From a virus (taxonomy: Duplodnaviria > Caudoviricetes): a stretch of DNA of 64,000 nucleotides. The DNA lies in IMG/VR virus record IMGVR_UViG_2531839534_000003, one strand, 5' to 3'. Numbering within the stretch: the stretch's first letter is position 1; each line of letters begins with the position of its first letter. The notes below the pieces were generated by a model that ran no database searches, was not told the origin of the DNA, and saw only the letters and a program-made list of their open reading frames with translations. The position numbers and the translations under genes were made by a program. Shown here piece by piece: positions 45,853 to 54,882 of the stretch.

Positions 45853-46575
45853 ATGATGTCAAAAAAACAATTATTACTCTTAACTTGCGTCTCAACTCTT
45901 GCACTCGTAGGTCCTACAGCATTTGCGGAAGATGTAGTCCCAGTAGATCCAACTACACCATCAACAGAAGTGACTATACCACCAACCCCAGTAGATCCTG
46001 GTGTACCAACTGACACAACAGATCCTAGTACCCCAGTAGAACCGGAGACTCCTACTGATACGACAAATCCTAGTACTCCAGCAGATCCAGGAACTCCTAC
46101 TGATACGACAACACCAACTGACAGTTCGACTACACCAGGGACTTCTACTAAACCTTCAGACTCAGAGTCAACGAATACAAATCCAGGAACAAAACCAACA
46201 GATGAAGTTAAGCCAGAAACACCTAAAACTCCTGAAGTGCCGTCAACAGTAACTCCAGAGGTAATTGATAAGGTAGACAAAGAAACAGGTAATATTACGA
46301 TTAAACCAATCCCAATTAGTCCAAATAAAACTATTATTGGTACACAAAATGGCCAATTAATCGTACAAGACTATTTAGGAAAACAATCCGTTGAATCAGC
46401 TGAAAATTATGGTGGACGTGTTAACGATGATGGAACGGTCACCATTAAAGATGTTGAAGGCAAAGAAAAGACATTACCACATACTGGTGACAACAAGGGG
46501 ACTTTAAGTATCATTGGAGCAATGTTCCTTTCCTTAACGCCTTTCTTATTCAAAAAGAAAGCATTGTTTAACTAA
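45853..46575 (+). CDS. Pro/Thr-rich LPxTG surface protein (PrgC-like)
   Basis: Signal peptide, TDTTxPSTP repeats, LPHTG anchor. Confidence 0.85.
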   Translation: MMSKKQLLLLTCVSTLALVGPTAFAEDVVPVDPTTPSTEVTIPPTPVDPGVPTDTTDPSTPVEPETPTDTTNPSTPADPGTPTDTTTPTDSSTTPGTSTKPSDSESTNTNPGTKPTDEVKPETPKTPEVPSTVTPEVIDKVDKETGNITIKPIPISPNKTIIGTQNGQLIVQDYLGKQSVESAENYGGRVNDDGTVTIKDVEGKEKTLPHTGDNKGTLSIIGAMFLSLTPFLFKKKALFN

Positions 46576-46638
46576 AAAACTAACTTTTTAGACTTGGAAT
46601 GTCGAAAAACTTATCCTAGAAAAATATATTGGAGAAAA

Positions 46639-49227
46639 ATGATGAGAGAAACAAAAGGACATGGCTATTTTAGAAAATCAAAAGCATACGGTTTAGTATG
46701 TGGAATCGCACTAGCAGGCGCTTTTGCTTTTAGTAGCGGTAATGTATCGGCAGATGAAGTAACTGCTCCAGCAACACCACCTCAAACCGTTGTAACAACT
46801 TTAACAGAGCCAACTAATAATCAATCTCAGCCAGTAACTTCACCTTCTCTTGATAAGGCAGTTGACACGGCTAAAGAAGCAGGAGTAACTGTTAATACAA
46901 CATCAACAGTAAGTCATACAGATGTACCAAGTGCTCAAGCTGACTTAGATAAGCAAACCCAAGCTGTTAAAGATGCAACGGCAAAAGCCCAAGCTAATAC
47001 CCAAGCTATTAAAGATGCTACCGCAAAAAATGCACAAATTGATGCTCAAAATAAAGCTGAAGCAGAACGTGTTGCCCAAGAAAATAAAGCTGGTCAATTA
47101 GCAGTTGATCAACAAAATGCGGAAGCACAAGCTAAAGCAGATGCTACCAATGCTCAATTAAAAGCAGATTATGAAGCTAAATTAGCTGAAATTAAAACTA
47201 TTGAAGATTATAACCAAGCAGTTGCTGAACGTAATGCTTTAGCTAAAGCACAAGCAGATGCTACCAATGCTCAATTAAAAGCTGATTATCAAGTTAAATT
47301 AGATGCTTATAACAAAGCACTAGCTGACCGTGCCAACTTAGTCGCAAATGATGTCAGCTTTGAAGGATATGGCAAATCAGAAACTCTGAATGGCTATGGG
47401 CAAGTAACCAGTGATGTTGTAACAGTTGATAAAAATGGTAATTTTATAATTAAAGAACCACAAGTCGATACAGATGGTACTTTTGGAAATACCAAGGTTA
47501 CAGGTAAGTTCATTTATACTGTAACTTATGATGAAGCTACTAACAAAGCTATTATTAAAATTACAGGTATCAGTCTTAATACTTGGCAGTTAGATTTAAC
47601 ACGCCAAACAACAGCAGTTAACCGTAATATTTCTGCATCCTATAAAGACTTAGCAGGTAATGTTCTTTACACTCGTAATTTTGATGGACTCTCTTCAATT
47701 GGTGTACAAACCATTAATAAGAGTTTTGCTTTAGATAAAGAAATTATTTTATCAGACGGCGAAACTTCTGCAGAAGTGATGTTCCTTAAGACAGAACCAA
47801 AATGGATTATCTCAGCACCATCAACACTCTTTGCTAAACTGACTTATGATACAGCTGATATTCCATCAAAACCAATCCCACCAACATTAGTTACTGTTAC
47901 TCCAGAAGCAGAAAAACCAGTCCCTAATACCCCACCAACACCAAATTATGTAACTCCAGTTTTAGTAACATTCACACCACAAACACCAACTATTAAACCT
48001 CACGTGTCTGTTCCTGAAAAGCTAGTAGTAACTGTTTCAGTACATCCCGTTATGGTACCAGTCGCAAATCCTTCCAAAGATGTTGTAGATGAAGCAGGAA
48101 AAACCATTAATGGATTATCAGTATTACCTAATTCTGAGTTAAATTATGTGGCTAAACAAGACTTTAGTCAATATAAGGGTATGACAGCGTCAAATGATAA
48201 AATCGCAAAAAACTTTATCTTTATTGATGACTATAAGGATGAAGCTCTAGATGGTAAATCAATGACTGTTAACTCCATAACGGCATCAAATGGGGAAGAT
48301 GTAACACAATTGTTAGAAATGCGTCATGTCTTATCTAAAGAAGCTTTAGATGCTAAACTACAAGCTATTATTGCACAAAGCGGACTTTCTCCAGTTGGTG
48401 AGTTTTATGTGTGGGTTGCTAAAGATTCACAAGCCTTTTATAAAGCCTATGTGCAAAAAGGCTTAGATATTACCTATAACTTATCTTTTAAAGTCAACCA
48501 AAGCTTCACAGAAGGCGATATTGTCAATGGTGTGGCACAAATTGACTTTGGAAATGGGTATCTTGGAAATCTAGTTGTTAATGATCTTCCAAAACCAGAA
48601 GTACATAAAGACGTACTAGACAAAGAAGACGGCAAGTCTATCAATAATGGCACAGTTAAACTTGGTGATGAAGTGACCTACAAACTTGAAGGTTGGGTAG
48701 TACCTGCAGATCGAAGCTATGACTTATTTGAATATAAATTTGTCGATCAATTACAACAAACACATGATCTTTACTTGAAAGATAGTGTTGTTGCAAAAGT
48801 TGATATTACCTTATCAGATGGCACTGTAATTGCTAAAGGATCAAACCTAGCGCAGTACACTGAGACAGTCTACAACAAAGAAACTGGGCGCTATGAGTTA
48901 GCCTTTAAGAAAGATTTCTTAGCTAAAGTCGTTCGTTCAAGTGAATTTGGAGCAGATGCTTTCTTAGTTGTGAAGCGTATTAAAGCAGGTGATGTCTATA
49001 ATACAACTGATTTATTTGTCAATGGATATAAAGTGAAATCTGAAACTGTGGTAACACATACACCAGAAACACCAAAACCAGTTGAGCCACAAAAAGCAAC
49101 TCCAAAAGCTCCAGCTAAAGGATTACCTCAAACTGGTGAAGCCAGTGTTGCCCCTCTTACAGCAATTGGAGCAATCATCTTGTCAGCTCTCGGACTACTA
49201 GGATTCAAAAAACGTAAAGAAAACTAA
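46639..49227 (+). CDS. Antigen I/II-family adhesin (Bsp/PrgB-like)
   Basis: GYFRKSKAYGLVCG leader, Ala-rich repeat AQAxADATNAQLKADY x2, Pro-rich region, isopeptide C-domains, LPQTG; start 46639 or 46642. Confidence 0.88.
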   Translation: MMRETKGHGYFRKSKAYGLVCGIALAGAFAFSSGNVSADEVTAPATPPQTVVTTLTEPTNNQSQPVTSPSLDKAVDTAKEAGVTVNTTSTVSHTDVPSAQADLDKQTQAVKDATAKAQANTQAIKDATAKNAQIDAQNKAEAERVAQENKAGQLAVDQQNAEAQAKADATNAQLKADYEAKLAEIKTIEDYNQAVAERNALAKAQADATNAQLKADYQVKLDAYNKALADRANLVANDVSFEGYGKSETLNGYGQVTSDVVTVDKNGNFIIKEPQVDTDGTFGNTKVTGKFIYTVTYDEATNKAIIKITGISLNTWQLDLTRQTTAVNRNISASYKDLAGNVLYTRNFDGLSSIGVQTINKSFALDKEIILSDGETSAEVMFLKTEPKWIISAPSTLFAKLTYDTADIPSKPIPPTLVTVTPEAEKPVPNTPPTPNYVTPVLVTFTPQTPTIKPHVSVPEKLVVTVSVHPVMVPVANPSKDVVDEAGKTINGLSVLPNSELNYVAKQDFSQYKGMTASNDKIAKNFIFIDDYKDEALDGKSMTVNSITASNGEDVTQLLEMRHVLSKEALDAKLQAIIAQSGLSPVGEFYVWVAKDSQAFYKAYVQKGLDITYNLSFKVNQSFTEGDIVNGVAQIDFGNGYLGNLVVNDLPKPEVHKDVLDKEDGKSINNGTVKLGDEVTYKLEGWVVPADRSYDLFEYKFVDQLQQTHDLYLKDSVVAKVDITLSDGTVIAKGSNLAQYTETVYNKETGRYELAFKKDFLAKVVRSSEFGADAFLVVKRIKAGDVYNTTDLFVNGYKVKSETVVTHTPETPKPVEPQKATPKAPAKGLPQTGEASVAPLTAIGAIILSALGLLGFKKRKEN

Positions 49228-49305
49228 GAAATAAACAACTGGCCACAGGAAGGAACTGAAAAGACACTTGTGGCCTTTTGTTCCTAGGAATGAAAGGAAT
49301 AGACT

Positions 49306-49740
49306 ATGCAAGTTTTTATCGCAAATGGTCGAGTAGCCTCAGATATAGAGACTAAAAAAACAACTAATGGAAAAAATAGTTGTCAGTTTGATTTTGTTTG
49401 TAATTCAAGTCAATTAGATGAGAAAAATAAGCTAATCCCAACCTTTTTTAAAGTTCAAATATATGGTAAACAAGTGGAGACTATAGCTAAAAATTTATCT
49501 AAAGGGTCTCCAATAATCATAGAAGGTGAAATTATCAAAAGGCCTTACACTGATAAACAGGGAAATAAGAAGACTTTTGAATATATTGCACCATCATTAT
49601 ATAAAGGAATTACTTTCTTAGAGAATAAATCAGAAAGTCAGAAGCGTCAGGATAAACAAGGTAGTAATAATATTAATCTAGAACAAAATCAGTTTCCAAA
49701 GGATTCTTTCTCTCCAGTTGATGCGGAATCTCCATTTTAG
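49306..49740 (+). CDS. ssb: Single-stranded DNA-binding protein
   Basis: GRVASD..FFKVQIYGKQ..KGSPIIIEG OB fold; acidic ESPF tail. Confidence 0.88.
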   Translation: MQVFIANGRVASDIETKKTTNGKNSCQFDFVCNSSQLDEKNKLIPTFFKVQIYGKQVETIAKNLSKGSPIIIEGEIIKRPYTDKQGNKKTFEYIAPSLYKGITFLENKSESQKRQDKQGSNNINLEQNQFPKDSFSPVDAESPF

Positions 49741-49743
49741 TAA

Positions 49744-49772
49744 TTGTCATTCATAATTAAGTGTGTTACACT
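49744..49772 (+). promoter_or_regulatory. SigA promoter after ssb
   Basis: TTGTCA-17-TGnTACACT. Confidence 0.7.
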
Positions 49773-49778
49773 ATACAT

Positions 49779-49858
49779 GCGATGATTAAAGATGATATCA
49801 CTTTGCTAGTCAAGATAGCATTAAGTCCTCAGTATATTAGTATACTGAGGAGTTTTTT
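49779..49858 (+). ncRNA. Putative ~80-nt RNA or attenuator leader
   Basis: Between that promoter and an 11-bp stem terminator (49826-49858); inner hairpin TGCTA/TAGCA. Confidence 0.4.
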
Positions 49859-49903
49859 ATTTATTTCAAAACAGGTATAATATTGGTAAAAGGAGTACAT
49901 AAT

Positions 49904-50941
49904 TTGAGTAAGAATAGATTACATTTAAATGTAGAGCCATTTTTCACAGAAAAACTTTATCAATATATTTTTGAAATGGATCAATGGTCAGCAATTAATT
50001 TATCTTTTTATATCGATAATACCGCTGTTTCTCGTATAAAATTAAATAAGTCCTCATTATGTCCAGATGCTGATAATGGTTCTTTTTACAATAAAGTACA
50101 TAATATTTCCAGAGACTTCAAAGTTATTCATTTAAATAAGATAAATATCTTAAATGAGGACTATTATCACCAAGGGATAATGACCTCAATGGTTTCTTTT
50201 CTATTTCTTAAATTATTGACGTGTACAGAATTTATAGATATAGATTTTGAAGTACAGCTAGTAAATATCTCAGATTTATCAAAGTTAAGTGAGCCATACG
50301 GAATTTATAATAAATTTAAAAACAACGTGTATAGTAGGGTATTAAGAAAAAATCAAGGGAACTTGTATTATCAGCCATTGCTGAAAGAAAATCGGTTGGA
50401 AGATATTAAGTATTATACGGAATTGTTTTTGGAAAAGGGAAATATTATTTATGAACGAATGCCTAAAGATTTCTTTGAGAAATACAAAAATAAAACTGCT
50501 AAACTTGAAGAAATAGAAAGAAACTTTCTTAATCTCGAAACTTATTTTTTCCAAGTAAAAGAACAGTCCTTAAAAGTTAAGCTTAGGTTAATGGTTAGAA
50601 AGAGTTACTTAAATACGGTAAGTCAAATTTTTCCAAATAAGAAAGCAATAACATTTGGAAATAAAACTTTTTTTAAAATCAAAACTATTAATGATGGTAG
50701 AAAATTTATCTCAGAAGTTTTATTAACTTATTTAAGAAATAATTACGAATATGAATCTAATTATTCCATGTTTGATGAAGATGACTATAGGTATGATATT
50801 AATATCTTCAGAGGAGATTTTTATAAGGGTTATTATGGTTATGATGAATTCAGGATTAATATTGGAAGCGATAGACTTATAGGGAAGTTTATTTGCTGCG
50901 ATACAACCAATTTAAAACCTAAAAAAATCGCTTTTAGATAA
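49904..50941 (+). CDS. AT-rich orphan with possible N-terminal GNAT-like fold
   Basis: AGGAG favours TTG 49904; HLNKINILNEDYYHQGIMTSMV resembles GNAT motif A; terminator 50966-50995. Confidence 0.65.
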   Translation: MSKNRLHLNVEPFFTEKLYQYIFEMDQWSAINLSFYIDNTAVSRIKLNKSSLCPDADNGSFYNKVHNISRDFKVIHLNKINILNEDYYHQGIMTSMVSFLFLKLLTCTEFIDIDFEVQLVNISDLSKLSEPYGIYNKFKNNVYSRVLRKNQGNLYYQPLLKENRLEDIKYYTELFLEKGNIIYERMPKDFFEKYKNKTAKLEEIERNFLNLETYFFQVKEQSLKVKLRLMVRKSYLNTVSQIFPNKKAITFGNKTFFKIKTINDGRKFISEVLLTYLRNNYEYESNYSMFDEDDYRYDINIFRGDFYKGYYGYDEFRINIGSDRLIGKFICCDTTNLKPKKIAFR

Positions 50942-50997
50942 AAACGATTTAATGTTAAAGCATTGCTATGGCGTATATTATACCATAGTTTTTTTAT

Positions 50998-51036
50998 TTT
51001 CCCTTTAATGCATTGTCGTTTTTTATCCTTTAAACT
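50998..51036 (+). promoter_or_regulatory. Transfer-regulon promoter, copy 5
   Basis: TTT CCCTTTAATGC-N12-TAT-N4-TAAACT. Confidence 0.78.
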
Positions 51037-51059
51037 TGATAAAAAGAAAGGAAAGAAAT

Positions 51060-51338
51060 ATGACGAAAACTATTGATCCAGATGAATTAATTGCAGAATC
51101 TTTTCAAATGGAAAATTATATCATGCAAAGATCTCATTATAAACATAACTATTCCCCGATTTTAAGAGATATTGATACTCAACTATCACATTATCTTTCT
51201 TACTATAGGGATATCTCAGTACAACTACAGTTTCAAATATTCTTGTATTCACGTTTTTTTGCTAAAAAACTAACTTTAAAAGGGATAGATATAAAAAAGC
51301 ATGATGATGGAGGGGGATATGAAAAAAATACAGCATAA
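51060..51338 (+). CDS. Hypothetical protein before virD4
   Basis: GAAAGG RBS before ATG 51060. Confidence 0.6.
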   Translation: MTKTIDPDELIAESFQMENYIMQRSHYKHNYSPILRDIDTQLSHYLSYYRDISVQLQFQIFLYSRFFAKKLTLKGIDIKKHDDGGGYEKNTA

Positions 51339-54213
51339 GCATAATGACTACTTTAATTGGTTATTGAATTTACTTAAAAAGCTTTGCTCTATAGTTTTCC
51401 TTATTTTATCAAATATAGTGATAAGGCTTGTTCATTTATTGCCATGGGTATCAAGAGGCCGAGTTCGTTTTGAAAAAGAGGCAGAGCCTATATTCTATTT
51501 CAAAACCTATAAAAGTTTTACGGTAATGGGATTATTATTTAGCTTGATTGCATTTTCTCTAACAAACTATCTAGTTACCATTTTAAGAGATTCTATTAAT
51601 TATTGTTACTTAACCATTACTTCGCAAAACTTGATTTCATTTCCTTTTGAGAGTTTATTGTTAAAAAATCTCTTTAACTATCATGTATTTAGTATAGCTC
51701 CAATCTTTGCTTGGCCAATATTCTTTATAGGTCTATTCATTGCCTGGCGTTCAGCCTGGGTTAATTTTGAGCAATACCGAAATTATAATTTTAATGAAGA
51801 AGGTGATGATCGTTTTGCGACTGTGAAAGAAATTCACCAGCAATATAAAAAGGTTGCTAACAAACAAAAAGTGTTTCCAGGCGATGGTGGAATTCCTGTT
51901 TTACATGAGACAAAATCTAATTTAGTAGGCTTCACTCTGGAAACACAGATTTTGTGGCAAAATAGGAAATACAGTCATCTTGTCACAAATGCTCAAAAAG
52001 TGTTAGGAATGCAATCAACTCCTTCAGGATATTATTATATTGAAGATGCTGCTACTAACACATTAGGTATTGGTATGACCCGTTCTGGTAAAGGCGAAGG
52101 GTTTATCACTGAGACCATAGACATTAATAGTCGTGCTGAAAATCAACCTTCAATGATTATTGGTGATCCCAAAGGAGAACATTACCAATCTTCTTACAAG
52201 ACTATGCGAAAAAGAGGAATGGACGTAGAAGTACTATCTTTTCAAAATATGGATTGGTCCATGTCCTACGATCCACTTGCACTAGCAATAGATTCTGCTA
52301 GACGTGGCTACTATGAAAAGACTCAAACTCGAATAAATGCAGTATCTGAAGCTATCTATCGAAAAACAAAACCTGGACAAGGTAATGGAACTGCCATTTA
52401 TTTTGAGAATAGCTCGATTTCTCTTTTTAATGCCATTGCAATGGCTTTAGTAGACCGTGCAAATGAAGCTTTTCAAAATGGTGAAGAAGATGCTTGGGAT
52501 ACAGTTACCGTGAGAAATATTGCTAAATTCTTAACAGATTTAGGTTCTGAAGAAGTTTTTGTGGATGAGTTAGGCGAGGTTGTCGAAGCCCCTGAAAAAG
52601 ATGATAGAATTAAAGTTAAATCTAAGCTTACTGTTTATTTTGATAATTTACGAAAAATTAATCAAGAACAATTTTCAAAATTTAGGGAAATGGCAGATAT
52701 CAATTTTAGGGCCTCTGATTTTGCATCAGAAGAAACTAAAGGGAATGTCTATTCATCTATGATGACAGGTATTAATCTGTTCTTACAAGACAATATCGCT
52801 AAATTAACATCTAAAAATTCAATTGATTTAGAGTCAGTTGGTTTTCCACGCCGATTGTCAATCAAATTTCGTTCAAATAGTCATGTTCAGCTACAAAATG
52901 ATTTTGCTCACAGAACCGCTAAGGTAAGTATATTTAGTGAAAGAAAGTGGGGTAAGACATCTAAAAAAGTCACTCATGTTAAAGAAGCAACGGCTTTAAT
53001 TGATGCAGAAGGGTATTTGACTTATGTTATTGAACCTAAGTTACCAAATGAATTTACGATTATCATTGATTTTAATCATCCGAATAATGATAACTTTGCA
53101 TTAAGTGGAGTTAAATACACTCTTCAGGGGAAGAAAATTTATAGAAAAAATAATGATATGATAATTCTTGATCAGTACACAAATAAAGCAATATTAGATT
53201 ATGTTGATATTCAAATAATTGATAAACCTCAGACTAGTTTATTACAAGAATCCGATATTGAAATGATCTATTCGGATAATCCCAAAATTATTTACCTGGT
53301 AACACCACCAAACCGAACAGAGTATAATGCTTTGATTTCCTTGTTTTTGGATCAACTCTTTAATGCTAATTATGAATTGGCTTTGTCGAATGGACGAAAA
53401 TGTGTCAATAGAATTCTGCATGTTTTGGATGAGTTTACTAATATTCCTGAGGTTCCTCATATGGATACTAAGATTTCAATAGGTTTGGGTCAAAACATTT
53501 TATATTGTCTTTGGATTCAAAACTTAGAACAGTTAACCGAAAAGTATGGGAAAAATACAAGTGCGACAATTAAAGATAACTGTTCCTTAAAAGTTTATAT
53601 TAAGTCGACGTCACCTGAAACAAATAAGAGTATTAGTGGGGACTTGGGTACTAGAACGATTACGAAACGACGAAAATCTGGTAATATACTTGATGAAGCC
53701 AATCCAAATGTTTCATTTGAGGGTAAACGTCAAGAATTACTGACCCCAACACAACTAGGAAAACTTCAAGAAGGTGAGGCTGTTATTCTAAGAGGGGTAA
53801 AAGGAAGAGACCTATCTGGCCATAAAATCACAACAGACCCTATATTCCTTCATGAGAAGACAAGTCTTCCCTATCGATATATGTTCTTACAAGAAGAATT
53901 TGACCATAGTATGACACTTGCGGATATTCCAGTTGACAGTCCACATCGAAATCTTGATTTACAAGATATTGCCGTGGAAGCAAAAAGTACATTTGATAAT
54001 ATTATTGATTGGCGAAGACGACTGACAAGTAAGATAGCTACAAGTTCTGGTCGACCAAAATTAGCAGTACGTATGAAACCTAATCAATTAAAGACTGCAG
54101 CTCCCTTTGATTCTCCAGAAGAAGTCATAAAAGCTACTGTGAATGCTACTTTGAACCCCTATGATAATGTAATAGATTATGATGAGGACCTTTTTGTAGA
54201 TGATGTAATTTAG
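51319..54213 (+). CDS. virD4: VirD4-like type IV coupling protein
   Basis: N-terminal TMs, GMTRSGKG Walker A, DPKGE, VLDEFTN Walker B, WIQNLEQL..YG. Confidence 0.92.
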   Translation: MKKIQHKHNDYFNWLLNLLKKLCSIVFLILSNIVIRLVHLLPWVSRGRVRFEKEAEPIFYFKTYKSFTVMGLLFSLIAFSLTNYLVTILRDSINYCYLTITSQNLISFPFESLLLKNLFNYHVFSIAPIFAWPIFFIGLFIAWRSAWVNFEQYRNYNFNEEGDDRFATVKEIHQQYKKVANKQKVFPGDGGIPVLHETKSNLVGFTLETQILWQNRKYSHLVTNAQKVLGMQSTPSGYYYIEDAATNTLGIGMTRSGKGEGFITETIDINSRAENQPSMIIGDPKGEHYQSSYKTMRKRGMDVEVLSFQNMDWSMSYDPLALAIDSARRGYYEKTQTRINAVSEAIYRKTKPGQGNGTAIYFENSSISLFNAIAMALVDRANEAFQNGEEDAWDTVTVRNIAKFLTDLGSEEVFVDELGEVVEAPEKDDRIKVKSKLTVYFDNLRKINQEQFSKFREMADINFRASDFASEETKGNVYSSMMTGINLFLQDNIAKLTSKNSIDLESVGFPRRLSIKFRSNSHVQLQNDFAHRTAKVSIFSERKWGKTSKKVTHVKEATALIDAEGYLTYVIEPKLPNEFTIIIDFNHPNNDNFALSGVKYTLQGKKIYRKNNDMIILDQYTNKAILDYVDIQIIDKPQTSLLQESDIEMIYSDNPKIIYLVTPPNRTEYNALISLFLDQLFNANYELALSNGRKCVNRILHVLDEFTNIPEVPHMDTKISIGLGQNILYCLWIQNLEQLTEKYGKNTSATIKDNCSLKVYIKSTSPETNKSISGDLGTRTITKRRKSGNILDEANPNVSFEGKRQELLTPTQLGKLQEGEAVILRGVKGRDLSGHKITTDPIFLHEKTSLPYRYMFLQEEFDHSMTLADIPVDSPHRNLDLQDIAVEAKSTFDNIIDWRRRLTSKIATSSGRPKLAVRMKPNQLKTAAPFDSPEEVIKATVNATLNPYDNVIDYDEDLFVDDVI

Positions 54214-54217
54214 AGTA

Positions 54218-54280
54218 AATACATAAACATGTATATAAACATGTTTATGTATTGCTTTTAGAACTGTTATTTGTTATAAT
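54218..54280 (+). promoter_or_regulatory. Operator (15-bp inverted repeat) overlapping lipoprotein promoter
   Basis: AATACATAAACATGT-N6-ACATGTTTATGTATT; TTGCTT-17-TGnTATAAT. Confidence 0.75.
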
Positions 54281-54304
54281 AAGCTCAAGAAAAGGAGAAG
54301 CCAT

Positions 54305-54781
54305 ATGAAATTCAAAAAAATATTAGGGATAACTATTCTATCAGTACTCAGTATCTTCTTAGTAGCTTGTGGTCAAAAAACTCCAGAAAACGTCGAAAAA
54401 ACAGAATTAAAAAAAGAATATATCGGAACTTCTAATCATTCAGGATATGATAATCCATTTGATGAAGGAACTTATACTTTAACTTTTAATAAATCTGAAA
54501 AAACTGTCTCAAACTCTAATAGGGACGAAAAGGTTTATTATGAAATAGTTCCTGACAAAAAGGTCCCCAAAAAATATCTTTCAATATATGAAGATAAAGC
54601 TAAGGGAAAAGATCACTTCTTTATCAACGTTGGTTATCAAAAAGATAAAATATGGGGGAAAGTTGGCGATCAAATGTATTGCGTAATATTAACTGAAGGT
54701 GGTAAAAAGATTCAAATTTTGGAATTTGAAACGGGCTATTCATCTGATGGATATTATAATTTTATTGGGAAAGCAGAATAA
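54305..54781 (+). CDS. Lipoprotein, candidate entry/surface exclusion factor
   Basis: Lipobox LVAC; own promoter and terminator 54788-54813; adjacent to VirB6-like gene. Confidence 0.75.
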   Translation: MKFKKILGITILSVLSIFLVACGQKTPENVEKTELKKEYIGTSNHSGYDNPFDEGTYTLTFNKSEKTVSNSNRDEKVYYEIVPDKKVPKKYLSIYEDKAKGKDHFFINVGYQKDKIWGKVGDQMYCVILTEGGKKIQILEFETGYSSDGYYNFIGKAE

Positions 54782-54814
54782 ATAATTAAAGCCTCTACTG
54801 TAGAGGCTTTTTTC

Positions 54815-54853
54815 TTACCCTTTAATGCACCTAATTAAATTATCCCTTATAGT
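54815..54853 (+). promoter_or_regulatory. Transfer-regulon promoter, copy 6
   Basis: TTA CCCTTTAATGC-N12-TAT-N4-TATAGT. Confidence 0.78.
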
Positions 54854-54882
54854 GATGAAAATAAGGAAAGCAGGTGTAATTA

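Noticed and set aside
45837-46280. 147-aa minus-strand ORF
   Set aside because: Antisense shadow of the Pro/Thr-rich LPxTG gene.
46530-46540. TTCCTTAACGC, partial match to the regulon box upstream of the adhesin gene
   Set aside because: Two mismatches, inside a CDS, no TAT or -10 at the required spacing.
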